From assembly GCA_963816355.1 (NCBI GenBank), contig CAWFKH010000006.1, forward strand, positions 32,001 to 96,000: DNA of 64,000 bases. Direction: 5' to 3'. The stretch's first letter is position 1. Every line of letters starts with the position of its first letter. Below, piece after piece: positions 55,524 to 64,000 of this stretch. The DNA is from an uncultured Gemmatimonadales bacterium (lineage in GTDB: Bacteria; Gemmatimonadota; Gemmatimonadetes; Longimicrobiales; RSA9). The position numbers were made by a program, and so were the translations under genes. Below the pieces are notes generated by a model, which did no database searches, had not been told where the DNA came from, and saw only the letters and a list, made by a program, of their open reading frames with translations.

Positions 55524-57329
55524 ATGGCTACGGACGGGCCGCGCCGCGGCCTCTCGCTCGAGTACAAGCTGCCGCTCCTGATCGCGATCCTGTTGCTCGG
55601 GCTGATCGTGATCGGATCCGTGCTTGCCTACCGCGAGGTTCGCGGCGCGGCCATCGTGGCGAACGCCGAGCGGCTGGGGAAGGTGTCGGCGCAGCTCGCC
55701 GAGCTCGCACGCGCGGGGGTGACGCAGCGGATGGCGCTGGTGAACGACGTCGCCGGCGACGACCACGTGCGCGCGCTGCTCGGCGGGGCGCCGGACACCG
55801 CGACGGCGGTGCGTCGCGCGCTGGCGCGCCTCGCGCTGCCGGGCGACAGCAGTCTGCCGATCGAGGTGTGGAATGCGGTGGGCGGTCGCGCGGGCGGCTT
55901 CGGAGGCTATCCGATGGAGTGGAGGGCGGACCTTCGCCGTCAGGCGCGTTCCGCCACGGTGGTCCCGGACTCCGGCATCGGCCCGATCTTCACCGTGGAT
56001 TCGCGGGCGCTCACCTGGATGGCCACTCCGATCCGCGTGCGGGGCCGCAAGGTCGGGCGGCTCGTGCAGCTGCGCCGCGTGGGGAGCGGATCCACCGCCG
56101 CGCAGATCGAAGATCTGATCGGCTCCCGGCTCACGGTGTTCTTCACCGACAGCGCGGGCGGACCATGGGTCCGGGTGAACGGCGACGTGGTGCGGGACGG
56201 CCCGCCGGTGCTGGAGCCCGGGCGGCTCACGACGTACGAACGGGGTGGCGTCCGTTACCTGGCCCAGGCGGCGCTCGTGCCGCAATCGCCGTACGCCATT
56301 GTCGCCGAGACTCCGATGAGCGCCGTGATGGCACGGCCGGACGCGTTCCTGCGCCGGCTCCTCGGCGGGACGGTCGTGCTCATCGTGCTCGGCCTCGTCG
56401 GGGCGTGGGTGCTGAGCCGCAGCATCACACGCCCGCTCAAGGCGCTGAGCCGCGCCGCCACCGATCTCGCCGCTGGCGACTACGACCGCCGCATCGACGT
56501 CGACCGCAGCGACGAGCTCGGCGCTCTGGCGCACGCCTTCAGCGACATGGCGCGCGACGTCGAGCGTGCCTTCTCCGCCGCCGACCGCGCGCGCGAGGAG
56601 GCCGAGCGCGCGAGCAGCGCGAAGTCCGAGTTCCTGGCGACGATGAGCCACGAGATCCGCACGCCGATCAACGCGATTCTCGGCTACACGGACCTCCTGC
56701 TGTACGAGACGCGAGGGCCGCTCTCCGAGGGGCAGCGCGAGCAGCTCGAGCGGCTGCGCGCGAGCGGGCGCCACCTCACGACGCTGGTCGACGAGGTGCT
56801 CGACCTGGCCCGCATCGAGTCCGGCCGCCTGCGCGTCGAATGCGCCGTCTCTTCCGGCCGGGAAGCGGTCGCGGCGGCCACCGCCGTGGTGCGGCCGGAG
56901 GCGGAGCGGAAGGGCGTGGCCCTGCGCATCCGGGACGCAGGCGACGACGTGCTCTACCAGGGCGACCCGCACCGCGTGCGGCAGATCCTGATCAACCTGC
57001 TCTCGAACGCGGTCAAGTTCACGCCGGAGGGCGGCTCGATCGACGTCGAGATGGCGGCGCGCGGGCGCAACGGCGAGGGCGAAGCGCGCTTCGTCGTGGC
57101 GGACACCGGAATCGGCATCCCGCCCGACCGGCTCGAGGAGATCTTCGAGCCGTTCGTGCAGGTGGAGGGCGGCCTGACGCGCGGCTACGGCGGTGCCGGA
57201 CTCGGCCTGGCGATCAGCCGCCGCCTCGCCCGGACCATGGGCGGCGAGCTGGGAGCCGAGAGCGAGCCCGGGAACGGGTCGAGCTTCTGGCTGCGCCTGC
57301 CGTTGGGAGGAGAGGCGGGGATTGATTGA
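55524..57329 (+). CDS. membrane sensor histidine kinase (periplasmic domain-HAMP-HisKA-HATPase)
   Basis: 2 TM, HAMP 'DELGALA', 'SHEIRTP', 'NAVKFT', 'DTGIGI', 'GAGLGL'. Confidence 0.9.
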   Translation: MATDGPRRGLSLEYKLPLLIAILLLGLIVIGSVLAYREVRGAAIVANAERLGKVSAQLAELARAGVTQRMALVNDVAGDDHVRALLGGAPDTATAVRRALARLALPGDSSLPIEVWNAVGGRAGGFGGYPMEWRADLRRQARSATVVPDSGIGPIFTVDSRALTWMATPIRVRGRKVGRLVQLRRVGSGSTAAQIEDLIGSRLTVFFTDSAGGPWVRVNGDVVRDGPPVLEPGRLTTYERGGVRYLAQAALVPQSPYAIVAETPMSAVMARPDAFLRRLLGGTVVLIVLGLVGAWVLSRSITRPLKALSRAATDLAAGDYDRRIDVDRSDELGALAHAFSDMARDVERAFSAADRAREEAERASSAKSEFLATMSHEIRTPINAILGYTDLLLYETRGPLSEGQREQLERLRASGRHLTTLVDEVLDLARIESGRLRVECAVSSGREAVAAATAVVRPEAERKGVALRIRDAGDDVLYQGDPHRVRQILINLLSNAVKFTPEGGSIDVEMAARGRNGEGEARFVVADTGIGIPPDRLEEIFEPFVQVEGGLTRGYGGAGLGLAISRRLARTMGGELGAESEPGNGSSFWLRLPLGGEAGID

Positions 57330-57616
57330 CGGCGGGATTTGACGGCGGGATTTGACGGCGGGATTCGACTGCGGGATTCGACGACGGGATTCGACGACGG
57401 GATTTGACGGCGGGATTCGACTGCGGGATTCGACGGCGGCAACGACGGGTGCGCCGCATCTGGAGGACCAGATCCCGACGTTCCCGCGGTTCAATCCCGC
57501 AGTTTGCGGTTCAATCCCGCGGTTCAATCCCGCGGTTCGAGGATCCCGCGGTTCAATCCCGCGGTTGGGTCCCGCGGTTCAATCCCGCGGTTCAATCCCG
57601 CAGTTGCGTCCCGCAG
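57326..57616. repeat. two mutually inverted 13-bp tandem arrays
   Basis: tYgacKRcgggat x9 (57326-57439) and atcccgcggttca-like array (57482-57616). Confidence 0.85.
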
Positions 57617-57744
57617 CTATATCCTGCCGTTGGGTCCCGCCCGCAGTTCATGCGGGCTCTGCCGGACACGGCATCAGCGAACTCCCGACGCGCAGGGGCG
57701 CGGGCGCGGGGTACGATGCATTCGTGACGGCGCGAGGAGGGTCC

Positions 57745-59688
57745 ATGGTCGATCGAGTACGACGGCGCACGGCAAGAGCGGGACGCCAGGCCATCGTCGC
57801 GATCGGGGCCATCGCGGTGTTCGCCGCGGCGTCTACCACCGGCTTCGGCCGCCGCGTCGCGTCACTGCCGGCCGCGTCGACGCGCCGCGCGCGTCCTCGC
57901 CGGCCGCGTCGACGCGCCGCGTCGCGTCCTCGCCGGTCGCGTCGCAACTGCAGGCTCGCCTGGCGCGGCTGCGCGCGGAGGGCGTCATCCACGTTGCGGG
58001 CGAGGCGCTCCTGCGTTCGGCGGTGCTGGACGCGATCTACGCGCGGCGAGCATTCGAGCCGCTGTGGACCGCGCCGACGCCGGCGCGCGAGCTGCGTCGG
58101 CTGATCGCGGATGCGGCCGAGGACGGGCTCGATCCGCGCGACTACCACGCGGTCGGGATCGACGCGCTGTCGGCCGGCGCGCCGTCGCCTGAAGCGGTGG
58201 CGCCCGCAGCGTTGGCGCCCGGCGCGCCGTCTCCCGGCGCGCCGTCGCCCGCAGCGTTGGCGGCTGGTACGTTGGCCGCCGGTACGCTTGCGGCCGGTCT
58301 ATCGCCGGAGCGCGCGGCGGACCTCGATCTGCTCCGCACCGACGCGCTGCTTCGCCTCGCGGACCACCTGCGCCGGGGCCGCGTCGATGCGGCCTCGCTC
58401 GCGCCGAACCTGGACTTCGGCCGGCGCTCTGTTCGGCGACGACCCGGCCGCCGACATCGCGGCGCTCGCCCGCTCGGACGCGATCTACGCACGGGTCCGC
58501 GCGCTGCGGCCGGCGCACTTCGCTTACGCTGGGCTGCTCGACGCGCTCGCACGGCTGCGACGCATCGCCGCCGCGGGCGGCTGGCCGCGCGTCGGGACGG
58601 GGCCGGCGCTGCGCGCCGAAGGTGGCGTGACCCTGCGGGCGGAAGGTGGCGTGGCGGTGCGCGCCGACAGCGCTACGGCCGCGGCGGAAGGCCGGCGCGA
58701 AGGCGCAGCGCCGCAGTCGTCGTCGAGCGGCGAGCGGGTGCTCGCGCTGCGCCGCCGTCTCGCGATCAATGGCGACCTCTCCGCCGCCGCGGACACGGCG
58801 GGCGCCCGCTTCGACGCGGCGCTCGACGACGCCGTGCGCGCGTTCCAGCGCAGGCACGCTCTGAACGACGACGGCGTCGTGGGGCCGGCGACGCTGGCGC
58901 AGCTCGACCTGCCGGTCGCGGCGCGCGTCGCACAGGTGCGCGCGAACCTCGAGCGGGCGCGCTGGCTGCCGCGCGAACGCGAGCCGGCGCTCGTCGTCGT
59001 CAACGTGGCCGGCGCCACGGTCTACTTCGTCCGTGACGGCGCGATCCGGCTGGAAACGCGGGCCGTCGTAGGCAAGCCGAGCACGGCGACGCCCCTCTTT
59101 CGCGCGGATCTGCGCAGCGTCGAGCTGAATCCGACGTGGACGGTGCCGCCCGGCATCGTCGGCGAGGTGCTGCGCGCGGTCCGGCGCGACGCGGGCTATC
59201 TGCGCAAGCAGGGGATGCGCGTGATCGACCGGTCGGGGCGGCGCGTCGATCCGTCGCGGATCGACTTCTCGCGCTACTCCGCGCGCAGCTTTCCCTACGT
59301 CTTCCGGCAGGATCCGGGGCCGCTCAACCCGCTGGGCCGCATCAAGCTCGTCTTCCCCAACCGGTACAACGTCTACCTGCACGACACCTCCGCCCCCGCG
59401 CTCTTCGAGCTGGAGGAGCGCGCGTGCAGCCACGGCTGCATCCGCGTTCAGGACCCGGTCGACCTCGCCGAGCTCGTCCTCGACGACGCGCGCTGGAGCC
59501 GTGATTCGCTCGACGCCGCCATCGCCACCGGCGCGACCCGCATGATCGCCGTGCGCCGGCCCCTCCCCGTCGTCGTCCTCTACTGGACCGCGGCCGTCGA
59601 TCGCGCCGGCACGCTCCACTTCTACCGCGACGTCTACCGCCGCGACCCGCCGCTGCTGAAGGCGCTGGATACGCCGCTCGCGCGCTGA
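57745..59688 (+). pseudogene. YcbB-like L,D-transpeptidase with two frameshifts (pseudogene or sequencing error)
   Basis: GAGGAGG RBS + signal peptide; scaffold 'IYARR..PLW','DGLDPRDY' in a second frame; PG-binding 'AFQRRH.L..DG.VG' and 'YLHDT..SHGCIR' back in the first frame. Confidence 0.8.
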
Positions 59689-59736
59689 GGCGCCCGCTGC
59701 CTGGCGCATCCGTCCCCGCCGCCGCAGCTTGCGCGC

Positions 59737-61236
59737 ATGCAACGCACTCCTGCCCGGATCCTCCCGCCGCTGCTCGGCCTGCTCGCCACCGCGTGCGCGT
59801 CCGCGGGGCCCGCGGCGGCGCCCGCGCCGTCTCCGGGCCGTGAGGCCGGCGCGGCGGCGTCCGGCGCGCCGGCGTCGTCCTCCACGGCAACGTCGCGGGG
59901 CGCCGCGGCACTCCCGCCGTTCGACCCCGCCGCTGCGCCCGCGATGCGGGCGGAGGTGCGCGGCGCGTTCCTGCACGCGTGGGACGGCTACCGCCGCTAC
60001 GCGTGGGGGCACGACGAAGTGCGGCCGCTCAGCGATTCGACGCGGGACTGGTATGGCGAGCCGGTGCTGATGACGCCGATCGACGCGTACGACACGATGC
60101 TGCTGATAGGGCTGGACGCGGAGGCGGCCGACGCGAAGCGGCTGATCCTCGACCGCCTCTCCTTCGATCGGGACACGAGCGTGCAGGTGTTCGAGGTCAC
60201 GATCCGGCTGGTCGGCGGGTTGCTCAGCGCCTACGAGATGGATGGCGACCCCCGCTTCCTCGCCTTCGCCGCCGATCTCGGCGAGCGGCTGCTGCCCGCC
60301 TTCGACTCGCCCACCGGGATGCCGTACCGCTTCGTGAACCTGCGCACCGGCGCCGTGCGTGATTCGGCGAGCAACCCCGCCGAGATCGGATCGCTGATGC
60401 TCGAGTTCGGCACGCTCGCGCGCTCGACCGGGCGGCGCGAGTTCTACGACGTCGCCAAGCGCGCCGTCGCCGCGCTCTTCCAGCGTCGCTCGAAGATCGG
60501 CCTCGTGGGCGAGCGGATCGACGTGCGCACCGGCGAGTGGCTGTCGAGCGAGAGCCACGTCGGGGGCTACATCGACTCGTACTACGAGTACCTGTACAAG
60601 TCGTGGCTGCTCTTCGGCGACGACGACTTCCGCGCCATGTGGGACGCCAGCATCGGTCCCGTGAACCGCTACCTCGCCGACACGCACGACGGCCGCCTCT
60701 GGTATGGCCACGCCGACATGGAGAGCGGGAAGCGCACCGCCACGCGCTTCGGCGCGCTCGACGCCTTCCTGCCCGGCTTGCTCGCGCTCTCCGGCGACAC
60801 CGCGCGCGCCGCGCGGCTCATGGCGTCCGTCTACCGCATGTGGAGCACGTTCGACGTCGAGCCGGAGGTGATGGACTACGAGTCGATGACGGTCGTCGAG
60901 GGCGCTTACCCGCTGCGGCCGGAGGCGCTCGAGTCCGCGTTCTACCTGTGGCGCACGACCGGCGAGGAGCGCTGGCGCGCCATGGGAAAGGACATCTTCG
61001 AGCGCATCGTGCGCTGGACCCGCACCCCCACCGCCTTCGCCGGCCTCGCCGACGTGCGCACGAAGGAGAAGCGCGACCGCATGCACTCCTTCCTGCTCGC
61101 CGAGACGTTCAAGTACGCGTGGCTGCTCTTCGCGCCCGATTCCGTGCTGGGGCTCGACGACGTCGTCTTCAACACCGAGGCGCACCCTCTGCGGCGGCCG
61201 CGGAAACGGCGTCCGGCCGGGGCGCCGCGCCGCTAG
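59737..61236 (+). CDS. glycoside hydrolase family 47 (alpha-1,2-mannosidase) lipoprotein
   Basis: 'AWDGY..YAWGHDE', 'FEVTIR..GGLLSAY', 'DSYYEYL.K', 'LRPE..ES', 'SFLLAETFKY', 'FNTEAHP'. Confidence 0.95.
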   Translation: MQRTPARILPPLLGLLATACASAGPAAAPAPSPGREAGAAASGAPASSSTATSRGAAALPPFDPAAAPAMRAEVRGAFLHAWDGYRRYAWGHDEVRPLSDSTRDWYGEPVLMTPIDAYDTMLLIGLDAEAADAKRLILDRLSFDRDTSVQVFEVTIRLVGGLLSAYEMDGDPRFLAFAADLGERLLPAFDSPTGMPYRFVNLRTGAVRDSASNPAEIGSLMLEFGTLARSTGRREFYDVAKRAVAALFQRRSKIGLVGERIDVRTGEWLSSESHVGGYIDSYYEYLYKSWLLFGDDDFRAMWDASIGPVNRYLADTHDGRLWYGHADMESGKRTATRFGALDAFLPGLLALSGDTARAARLMASVYRMWSTFDVEPEVMDYESMTVVEGAYPLRPEALESAFYLWRTTGEERWRAMGKDIFERIVRWTRTPTAFAGLADVRTKEKRDRMHSFLLAETFKYAWLLFAPDSVLGLDDVVFNTEAHPLRRPRKRRPAGAPRR

Positions 61237-61272
61237 CCGCGTTTTCCTCCGCCCCTGCGCCGGCCGCCGCGC

Positions 61273-62925
61273 TTAAGTCCGCGCCCGCCCCCGTCCGCGC
61301 TTAAGTCCGCGCCCGCCCCCCGCCGCGCTTCCGTCCGCCTCCGCCCCCGACCGCGCGCCCGCCAGCGTCCTGATGCCGTAGCCGGTCCACCTCCACGTCG
61401 CGGCGATCAGCAGCGAGAAGATGGGGCCGCCGTAGCAGAAGACCGCCCACGGCGCGTAGCGCACGGTGGGCACGCCGAGCGTCGTCGCCATGAACATCGC
61501 CGACACCGTCCACGGCATCAGCGGCTCGGTGATCGTGACCGAGTCCTCGAGCGAGCGCGACAGGTTCTCCGGCGCCAGCCCGCGCTCGCGATAGGCCCGC
61601 TGGAAGAGGCCGCCGACGACGAGCGCCGTCACGCCGCCGTGGCTCGTGAGCGCGATCATCGTGGCGCCCGACGCCATGGTCGCGCCGATCAGTCCGAACA
61701 CGGAGCGCACCGCGCCGAGCATGCGGTCGATCAGCAGGTCGAGCGCGCCGGAGACATCCATGCCACCCGCGAGCAGGAACGCCGCCAGGATCACCACGAA
61801 CGTGTTCGCCATCTCGTACAGCCCGCCGCGCTCCGTGAGCGTGTGGAACGCGACGCCGAGCGCGCCGGGATCGACGCCCGCGCCGCGCACCATGTCGACG
61901 CGGAAGCCCGCGACCGCAGCGAGCAGCGCGTCGTGGACCGCGAACGACTGCAGCACCACGCCGATCACCGCCGCGACCAGCGACGACGCCGCGATCGCCA
62001 GCGCCGGCGGCACGCGCCGCACGATGCTCCATACCACGATCGCCGGCGGCAGCAGCACGATCCAGCTCAGATGATAGACGGAGCGGATGTCGCGCAGCAG
62101 CACGCGCGCGCTCTCCGGCAGCCCGGGAACGGCAGAGGACGCGGCGCCGGCCGTGGCGGCTCCGGCGCCCGCGGCGGCGCTCAGCTGCGCCGCGCCGCTC
62201 GCACCGGCGCCTAGCTGCGCCGCGCCCTCTCCACCCGCGCCGTGGGCGACGAGCGTGTACACGGCCAGCGACAGCGCGAACGACGGCACCGCGGTGTAGA
62301 GCATGTGCCGGATGTGACGGTAGAGCGGCACGTCGGCGGCGATCGCCGAGATGTTCGTGGAATCCGACAGCGGCGACATCTTGTCGCCGAAGTAGGCGCC
62401 GGAGACGATGGCGCCCGCGGTCACGCCGAGCGGCGCGTGCAGCGCGGCCGCCGTCCCCATCAGCGCCACTCCCACCGTGCCCGCCGACCCCCACGACGTG
62501 CCGGTGAAGAGCGACATCGTCGCGGTCGCGAGAAACGCCGTCAGCACCAGATACTGCGGCCGCACCAGGCGGATCCCCCAGTAGACGAGGTACGGGATCG
62601 TCCCCGAAAAGACCCACGTGGCGATCAGCATGCCGATGCTGAGTAGGATCAGCAGCGCGGGCAGCACCTCCGCGAGCTTCGCCCCGGTCGAGCGCTGGAT
62701 CTCGTCCCAGCCGTGCCCGTGCCGCGCCGCGACGAAGCCGGCCACCGCCGCGGCGCCGAGCAACACCGCGATCAGCAGCTCCGCGCTCACCCCCAGCGTG
62801 GCCGCTCCCGCCGCGAACAGCGCCAGCATCGCCGCGATCGGCAGCAACGCCTCGCCGACTCTGAGCGGCCGCGCCTCGCCGACCCTGAGCGGCCGCGGCT
62901 CGCGCGGGCCTCCCGCGTCGCTCAC
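61273..62925 (-). CDS. nhaC: NhaC-family transporter
   Basis: 'GTSWGSAGTVGVA', 'SGAYFGDKMSPLSD', 'LSRSLED', 'PW'. Confidence 0.85.
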   Translation of the reverse strand: MSDAGGPREPRPLRVGEARPLRVGEALLPIAAMLALFAAGAATLGVSAELLIAVLLGAAAVAGFVAARHGHGWDEIQRSTGAKLAEVLPALLILLSIGMLIATWVFSGTIPYLVYWGIRLVRPQYLVLTAFLATATMSLFTGTSWGSAGTVGVALMGTAAALHAPLGVTAGAIVSGAYFGDKMSPLSDSTNISAIAADVPLYRHIRHMLYTAVPSFALSLAVYTLVAHGAGGEGAAQLGAGASGAAQLSAAAGAGAATAGAASSAVPGLPESARVLLRDIRSVYHLSWIVLLPPAIVVWSIVRRVPPALAIAASSLVAAVIGVVLQSFAVHDALLAAVAGFRVDMVRGAGVDPGALGVAFHTLTERGGLYEMANTFVVILAAFLLAGGMDVSGALDLLIDRMLGAVRSVFGLIGATMASGATMIALTSHGGVTALVVGGLFQRAYRERGLAPENLSRSLEDSVTITEPLMPWTVSAMFMATTLGVPTVRYAPWAVFCYGGPIFSLLIAATWRWTGYGIRTLAGARSGAEADGSAAGGGRGLKRGRGRART

Positions 62926-62977
62926 AATGCCTCCGCCGCCCGCGCCGGTCCCGCCGCGACGACTCCGCCGGCCCGCT

Positions 62978-64000
62978 TCACGCCGACCCCAGCGCGCGGT
63001 ACAGGTCGTGGATCAGCGTGTCCGCGCCCTCGAGCCCGACGGAAAGCCGGATCAGCCCTCGCGGGATACCCTGCGCGTCGAGGGACGACGGGTCGCCGCC
63101 GTGGTTCGGCGACAGCGCGAGGCTCTCCGGCCCGCCCCAGCTCACCCCGAGCCGGATCACGCGCAGCGCGTCGAGCACGTGGCTTACGCCCTCGAAATCG
63201 TCGCGCTCCAGCGCGAAGCTCAGCAGCCCGGAGTATCCGGCGAGCTGCCGATCGACGACGTCGCGCGCCGCAGCGAAGGCAGGGTGGAACACCTCGCGCA
63301 CGGCCGGATGCGAGCGCAGGAACTCCGCCACCGACAGCGCGTCCTCCCCGTGCTGCCGCAGGCGCGCCGGCAGCGTCTTCAGCCCGCGCAGCAGCAGCCA
63401 CGCGTCGAACGGCGCCAGCACGCCGCCGTGCAGCATGTACGGGCCGTGGAAGAGCTCCTCGATCCGCGCCGCCGTGCTCACGACCGCGCCCGCCATCAGG
63501 TCGCTGTGGCCCGCCAGGTACTTGGAGGCGCTGTGTACGACGACGTCGACGCCGAGCGCGAGCGGCTTCTGCAGCAGCGGCGTCGCCCAGCTGTTGTCAA
63601 GGCAAGTCAGAATCCCGCGCCCGCGCGCGAGCGACGCGAGCGCCGGCACGTCGAGCACGCCGAAGAGCATCGTCCCCGGGCTCTCCAGCCAGAGCAGCCG
63701 CGTCGTCGGTCGCAGCGTCCGTTCGACCGTCTCCGGCCGGCCGTCCAGCACCACGTCGTGCTCGATGCCGAAGCGCCGCATGTGCGCCGCCAGCTCGAGC
63801 GTCGGGCCGTAGACGTGGTTGACGAAGACGACGTGATCGCCGGCGCGCAGAAACCCCAGCAGCACCGCGCTGATCGCCGCCATCCCGGAGCCGAAACAGA
63901 GGCACGCCTCGCCGCGCTCGAGCGCTGCAAGCTTCCGCTCCGCTGCCGCCACCGTCGGGTTCCGCCCGCGCGAGTACACCGCCCTCTGCCGCTCCGCTCC
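62978..64000 (-). CDS. PLP-dependent trans-sulfuration enzyme (cystathionine/methionine gamma-lyase family), 5' truncated
   Basis: 'YSRGRNPT', 'SGMAAI', 'DNSWATP', 'HSASKYLAGHSD', 'VSWGGPESL', 'IRLSVGLE'. Confidence 0.9.
   Translation of the reverse strand, partial: GAERQRAVYSRGRNPTVAAAERKLAALERGEACLCFGSGMAAISAVLLGFLRAGDHVVFVNHVYGPTLELAAHMRRFGIEHDVVLDGRPETVERTLRPTTRLLWLESPGTMLFGVLDVPALASLARGRGILTCLDNSWATPLLQKPLALGVDVVVHSASKYLAGHSDLMAGAVVSTAARIEELFHGPYMLHGGVLAPFDAWLLLRGLKTLPARLRQHGEDALSVAEFLRSHPAVREVFHPAFAAARDVVDRQLAGYSGLLSFALERDDFEGVSHVLDALRVIRLGVSWGGPESLALSPNHGGDPSSLDAQGIPRGLIRLSVGLEGADTLIHDLYRALGSA

Noticed and set aside
1..64000. tRNA/rRNA genes, IS elements, prophage
   Set aside because: No cloverleaf, rRNA-like segment, transposase, integrase or phage structural gene recognised

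Overview
Very GC-rich (roughly 70-75% by eye) bacterial chromosomal segment. Gene content and style suggest Gemmatimonadota (inference). No rRNA, tRNA, CRISPR array, transposase or integrase is visible. About 58 CDSs are supported. These include a TonB receptor (partial), an AbiEi/DUF559 nuclease-like gene flanked by palindromic tandem repeats, a P-type ATPase followed by a DinB gene remnant, and an arsR-arsM-metallophosphoesterase-acr3 operon with two ArsR-type operators. Also present are an Xre/RES toxin-antitoxin pair, several secreted peptidases/hydrolases, three histidine kinases (one CheB-CheR fusion), and a ThDP-decarboxylase pair plus an isatin-hydrolase-like cyclase. Further along lie an ECF sigma/ZAS anti-sigma pair, a Cys-rich HTH regulator divergent from DUF4142 plus a di-haem cytochrome c, an ATP-grasp + SsuD/SfnG-like monooxygenase operon, a frameshifted L,D-transpeptidase, a GH47 mannosidase, and an NhaC transporter plus a trans-sulfuration enzyme (partial). 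The strongest non-obvious signals are four. (1) A complete cysteine-sensing leader-peptide transcription attenuator (CGCPCCCM sORF, 1:2/2:3/3:4 hairpins, U8 terminator) ahead of the ATP-grasp/monooxygenase operon. (2) A shared GGAAC-N18/19-GTTG promoter motif defining a local ECF regulon of 4-5 transcription units. (3) A prolyl-oligopeptidase homologue lacking its catalytic Ser and His. (4) A possible isatin-to-aminobenzaldehyde catabolic module. Family assignments come from motif recognition only; no database search was run.
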